A DNA stretch of 40,155 bases from Escherichia phage HK544: sequence record NC_019767.1, one strand, 5' to 3'. Positions 37,249 through 40,155 of the stretch are shown piece by piece. The stretch's first letter is position 1; the number at the start of each line of letters is the position of its first letter. Below the pieces are notes generated by a model, which saw only the letters and a program-made list of their open reading frames with translations, was not told the origin of the DNA and did not search any database. Position numbers and translations under genes: made by a program.

Positions 37249-37708
37249 TCAACGTAAGGCGTTCCTCGATATGCTGGCGTGGTCGGAGGGAACTGATAAC
37301 GGACGTCAGAAAACCAGAAATCATGGTTATGACGTCATTGTAGGCGGAGAGCTATTCACTGATTACTCCGATCACCCTCGCAAACTTGTCACGCTAAACC
37401 CAAAACTCAAATCAACAGCAGCCGGACGTTACCAGCTTCTTTCCCGTTGGTGGGATGCCTACCGCAAGCAACTTGGCCTGAAAGACTTCTCTCCCAAAAG
37501 CCAGGACGCAGTGGCATTGCAGCAGATTAAAGAGCGTGGCGCTTTACCGATGATTGATCGCGGTGATATTCGTCAGGCTATCGACCGTTGCAGCAATATC
37601 TGGGCTTCACTGCCGGGTGCTGGTTATGGCCAGTTCGAGCATAAGGCTGACAGCCTGATTGCAAAATTCAAAGAGGCTGGCGGAGCTGTCAGAGAGATTG
37701 AGGTATGA
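37232..37708 (+). CDS. R: endolysin R (lytic transglycosylase)
   Basis: 158 aa, [39 protein letters not shown]...; matches lambda R as recalled. Confidence 0.95.
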   Translation: MVEINNQRKAFLDMLAWSEGTDNGRQKTRNHGYDVIVGGELFTDYSDHPRKLVTLNPKLKSTAAGRYQLLSRWWDAYRKQLGLKDFSPKSQDAVALQQIKERGALPMIDRGDIRQAIDRCSNIWASLPGAGYGQFEHKADSLIAKFKEAGGAVREIEV

Positions 37709-38142
37709 GCAGAGTAACCGCGATTATCTCCGCTCTGGTTATCTGCATCATCGTTTGCCTGTCATGGGCTGTTAATCATTACCGTGATAACGCCATCTCC
37801 TACAAAGAGCAGCGCGATAAAGCCACATCCATCATCGCTGATATGCAGAAGCGTCAACGTGATGTAGCAGAACTCGACGCCAGATACACAAAGGAGCTTG
37901 CTGATGCTAACGCGACTATCGAAAGTCTCCGTGCTGATGTTTCTGCTGGTCGTAAGCGCCTGCAAGTCGCCGCCACCTGTGCAAAGTCAACGACCGGAGC
38001 CAGCGGCATGGGCGATGGAGAAAGCCCAAGACTTACAGCAGATGCTGAACTCAATTATTACCGTCTCAGAAGTGGAATCGACAAGATAACCGCGCAGGTT
38101 AACTACCTGCAGGAGTACATCAGGACGCAATGCCTGAAGTAA
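37705..38142 (+). CDS. Rz: i-spanin Rz
   Basis: 145 aa; N-terminal [28 protein letters not shown] as in lambda Rz, remainder divergent coiled-coil; Rz1 embedded in the +1 frame. Confidence 0.8.
   Translation: MSRVTAIISALVICIIVCLSWAVNHYRDNAISYKEQRDKATSIIADMQKRQRDVAELDARYTKELADANATIESLRADVSAGRKRLQVAATCAKSTTGASGMGDGESPRLTADAELNYYRLRSGIDKITAQVNYLQEYIRTQCLK
37898..38089 (+). CDS. Rz1: o-spanin Rz1 (lipoprotein embedded in Rz)
   Basis: 63 aa wholly inside Rz in another frame; signal peptide with lipobox VVSAC (Cys22); Pro-rich mature part. Confidence 0.75.
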   Translation: MLMLTRLSKVSVLMFLLVVSACKSPPPVQSQRPEPAAWAMEKAQDLQQMLNSIITVSEVESTR

Positions 38143-38174
38143 TTTTTTTGCAAATCACAAAGTCCATTTAATGA

Positions 38175-38197
38175 GCCTCGCGATGCGGGGCTTTTTT
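38175..38197 (+). terminator. intrinsic terminator after the lysis cassette
   Basis: GCCTCGC-GAT-GCGGGGC hairpin followed by TTTTTT. Confidence 0.45.
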
Positions 38198-38344
38198 GCA
38201 ATAAATGCGTACCGCAACGCATGTTTTTTACACCGAACCTGACCCTTTGGAATGGGCCTTTGAGGATACCAGTTAGTGCTGGCGAGCCTCGGTGGGCTGG
38301 TTTCCTGTGCGGCAAAGGTTCATTTCAAATGGTAGGTAAACGTT

Positions 38345-38866
38345 ATGAATATCGTGCCACTTAATTACAAAGGTGAAATTGTCAGTTTCAACACTGATGG
38401 TTGGATCAACGTCACAGGTGTTGCTGAGAGATTTGGGAAACGCATTGATAACTGGATGCGTTTGGCAGAAACGCTTGAATACGTTCGTGCTTTAGACGAA
38501 GCGTTGACCGGGAAAGAATCTCAAATTTTACATCCCTCACAATCGAGGTATGTAAAAACCAGCAAGGCACGAAAGGACAGGGGTGGTGGTACGTGGCTAC
38601 ATCCAAAACTTTCAGTTGCATTTGCCCGTTGGTGTGATGCTCGTTTTGCTGTGTGGTGCGACCTGCACATTGATAGTCTGCTTCGCGGTGAACTGACTGA
38701 GCAGCAGAAATATGAGCAAGCATGTCGCATTCGCGATGACCGGAAATCAAAAGCCAGCAATGGGGCAAGAGAGATGGCTCGCTGGCGATGGGATAAGCCG
38801 GTTATTGAAGCAAATGTCGAGTACTGGCGCGAGCAACTGCAGTTGACTCTCGATATCGCTTGCTGA
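38345..38866 (+). CDS. KilA-N domain protein
   Basis: 173 aa; N-terminal segment with WLHPKLSVAFARWCDARFAVW typical of KilA-N/APSES-type domains. Confidence 0.5.
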   Translation: MNIVPLNYKGEIVSFNTDGWINVTGVAERFGKRIDNWMRLAETLEYVRALDEALTGKESQILHPSQSRYVKTSKARKDRGGGTWLHPKLSVAFARWCDARFAVWCDLHIDSLLRGELTEQQKYEQACRIRDDRKSKASNGAREMARWRWDKPVIEANVEYWREQLQLTLDIAC

Positions 38867-39414
38867 TGGCAAACGCAAAACTGCGTTATCGGAAAAATCA
38901 AAGCATTACGAGAACTGAGCAACAGCTATCCATTACAAAGCCCATCTACGGGTGGGCTTGATAATGAAACCGGAATTTATTCTGGGCAACCAGTTACGGC
39001 AGTACAGCGAAACAACCCAAGCCAGTAAGTGGGGAAATAACACTGGCAGCCACTGAAAGATGAACCTCCAGCCTTATGGCAAAAAAGATTCTTTGTGGTG
39101 GCGGACTGATGGAAAGACATCCTAATTTCAGCCAAACATTGAAGGAGTTGTTATGTCAGCAGAAGGTTTCAATAACCCATCAAAATTCCGGGATGAGTGG
39201 GATAGCAGCGTAAAGAGTAAGTGATGCCATCACAAAAGCCATTCCCTACAGAGTGGCTTTGATAATGGCTTATACCCTACACGGGATAACTTAACTGATA
39301 TCCCTTTTAACGGATAAACGGAGCCAACAATGGCAGAGATTATTCCCATGACTGAAGAACAGAAATTCCAGTTAGAGATTTACAAACTGGTCATGAACCA
39401 GAACGCCGCCGTGC

Positions 39415-39768
39415 ATGGAGACTGGCATGAACAAAGAGCCCCGCGTATATGGCAGCCGATGGGATAAGGCCCGTCTGCGTTTTCTCCAGCAGCACCCACT
39501 GTGTGTGATGTGCGAGCAGCAGGGGCGCATAACACCAGCAACGGTGGTCGACCATATCGTGCCCCACAAACTGAAAGATGCGCTTAAGTCAGGTAACCCT
39601 CTGGCCATATCGAAAGCACAGCTCCTGTTCTGGAGTAAAGAGAACTGGCAGCCACTGTGCAAAGCGCATCATGACTCAACGAAACAGAGAATGGAGAAGA
39701 GCGGCGCGGTAATAGGTTGTGATGCCAACGGCTACCCGCTCGATCCTGCGTCTCACTGGAGCACGTAA
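39415..39768 (+). CDS. HNH endonuclease (terminase-associated)
   Basis: HNH motif DHIVPH...NWQPLCKAHH with Cys pairs CVMC; located just upstream of the terminase genes; start may be 39415 or 39427. Confidence 0.7.
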   Translation: METGMNKEPRVYGSRWDKARLRFLQQHPLCVMCEQQGRITPATVVDHIVPHKLKDALKSGNPLAISKAQLLFWSKENWQPLCKAHHDSTKQRMEKSGAVIGCDANGYPLDPASHWST

Positions 39769-39971
39769 TGAAAGACCTCATCATTGAATACCGAGACGGT
39801 AAGTTTGTTCAGCTGGCGATTGATGGCGTGGAGATGAAGCGCGTAACGTCTATCCAGTTCTCCCACACCGTAGGCGAGGACGTACCGACATTGACCGTCT
39901 CAGGACATGTGTGGTCCGAGTATGGGAAAGGCGATCACAAACTCGAACAGGTAGACAAACATTCGGCATAG
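39768..39971 (+). CDS. hypothetical small protein between HNH and the terminase
   Basis: 67-aa ORF, TAATG overlap with the HNH stop. Confidence 0.35.
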   Translation: MKDLIIEYRDGKFVQLAIDGVEMKRVTSIQFSHTVGEDVPTLTVSGHVWSEYGKGDHKLEQVDKHSA

Positions 39972-40155
39972 CGCGGCGGCGGCAAGTCGATTATCTATCA
40001 TGTGAAATCATTTCAAATGCAACGATATCAAATGAGAATGAATCGCATTCATGGCAGGGGGGGGATCAAATCTTCAAAACCTTTGCCCTAAATGACCGCC
40101 GCCAAAGTTTGAATTTAACGCTAACCCGATTTTTTTAGTTTTAAGGTGTTGACAT

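Noticed and set aside
38103-38315. 70-aa ORF on the - strand downstream of Rz
   Set aside because: Spans a + strand intrinsic terminator; lacks SD; not the lambda bor gene by sequence.
39911-40138. 75-aa + strand ORF in the terminal noncoding region
   Set aside because: Overlaps the preceding gene and the putative cos region; Arg-rich low-complexity translation; no SD.

Overview
The window reads as a complete-looking, roughly 40 kb mosaic lambdoid siphovirus genome laid out in vegetative (cos-to-cos) order, not as a bacterial chromosome segment. Order on the + strand: HK97-type packaging and head module (TerS, TerL, portal, protease, major capsid, connectors), a lambda-type tail module (major tail protein, G/G-T chaperone frameshift, tape measure, M, L, K, I, J, tail fibre), then a tyrosine integrase with a candidate attP just upstream. 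The leftward early operon on the - strand carries AlpA-like Xis, small ORFs, SSB-like, Erf, a coiled-coil protein, Ral and N. The immunity region (N, nutL, OL/pL, cI, OR/pRM/pR, cro, nutR) matches phage lambda as I recall it, followed by a cII homologue, a P22-type replication module (O-like initiator with internal palindromic iterons, DnaB-like helicase), the lambda nin region (NinB, Dam-family methyltransferase, NinE, NinF, NinG, NinH, NinI phosphatase), Q, pR'/tR', S, R, Rz/Rz1, a KilA-N protein and an HNH endonuclease upstream of the terminase. The strongest candidate for a new system is at the position where lambda carries rexA-rexB: between cI and the immunity terminator sits a different, tightly coupled two-gene cassette (93-aa soluble protein plus 183-aa coiled-coil protein with a C-terminal membrane anchor). 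Other cargo includes two paralogous small membrane-protein morons inside the tail operon, each with its own SD and terminator, and a small lipoprotein moron downstream of J. No rRNA, tRNA, CRISPR array or transposase was recognised. All identifications rest on reading the sequence and recalled protein families; no searches were run.
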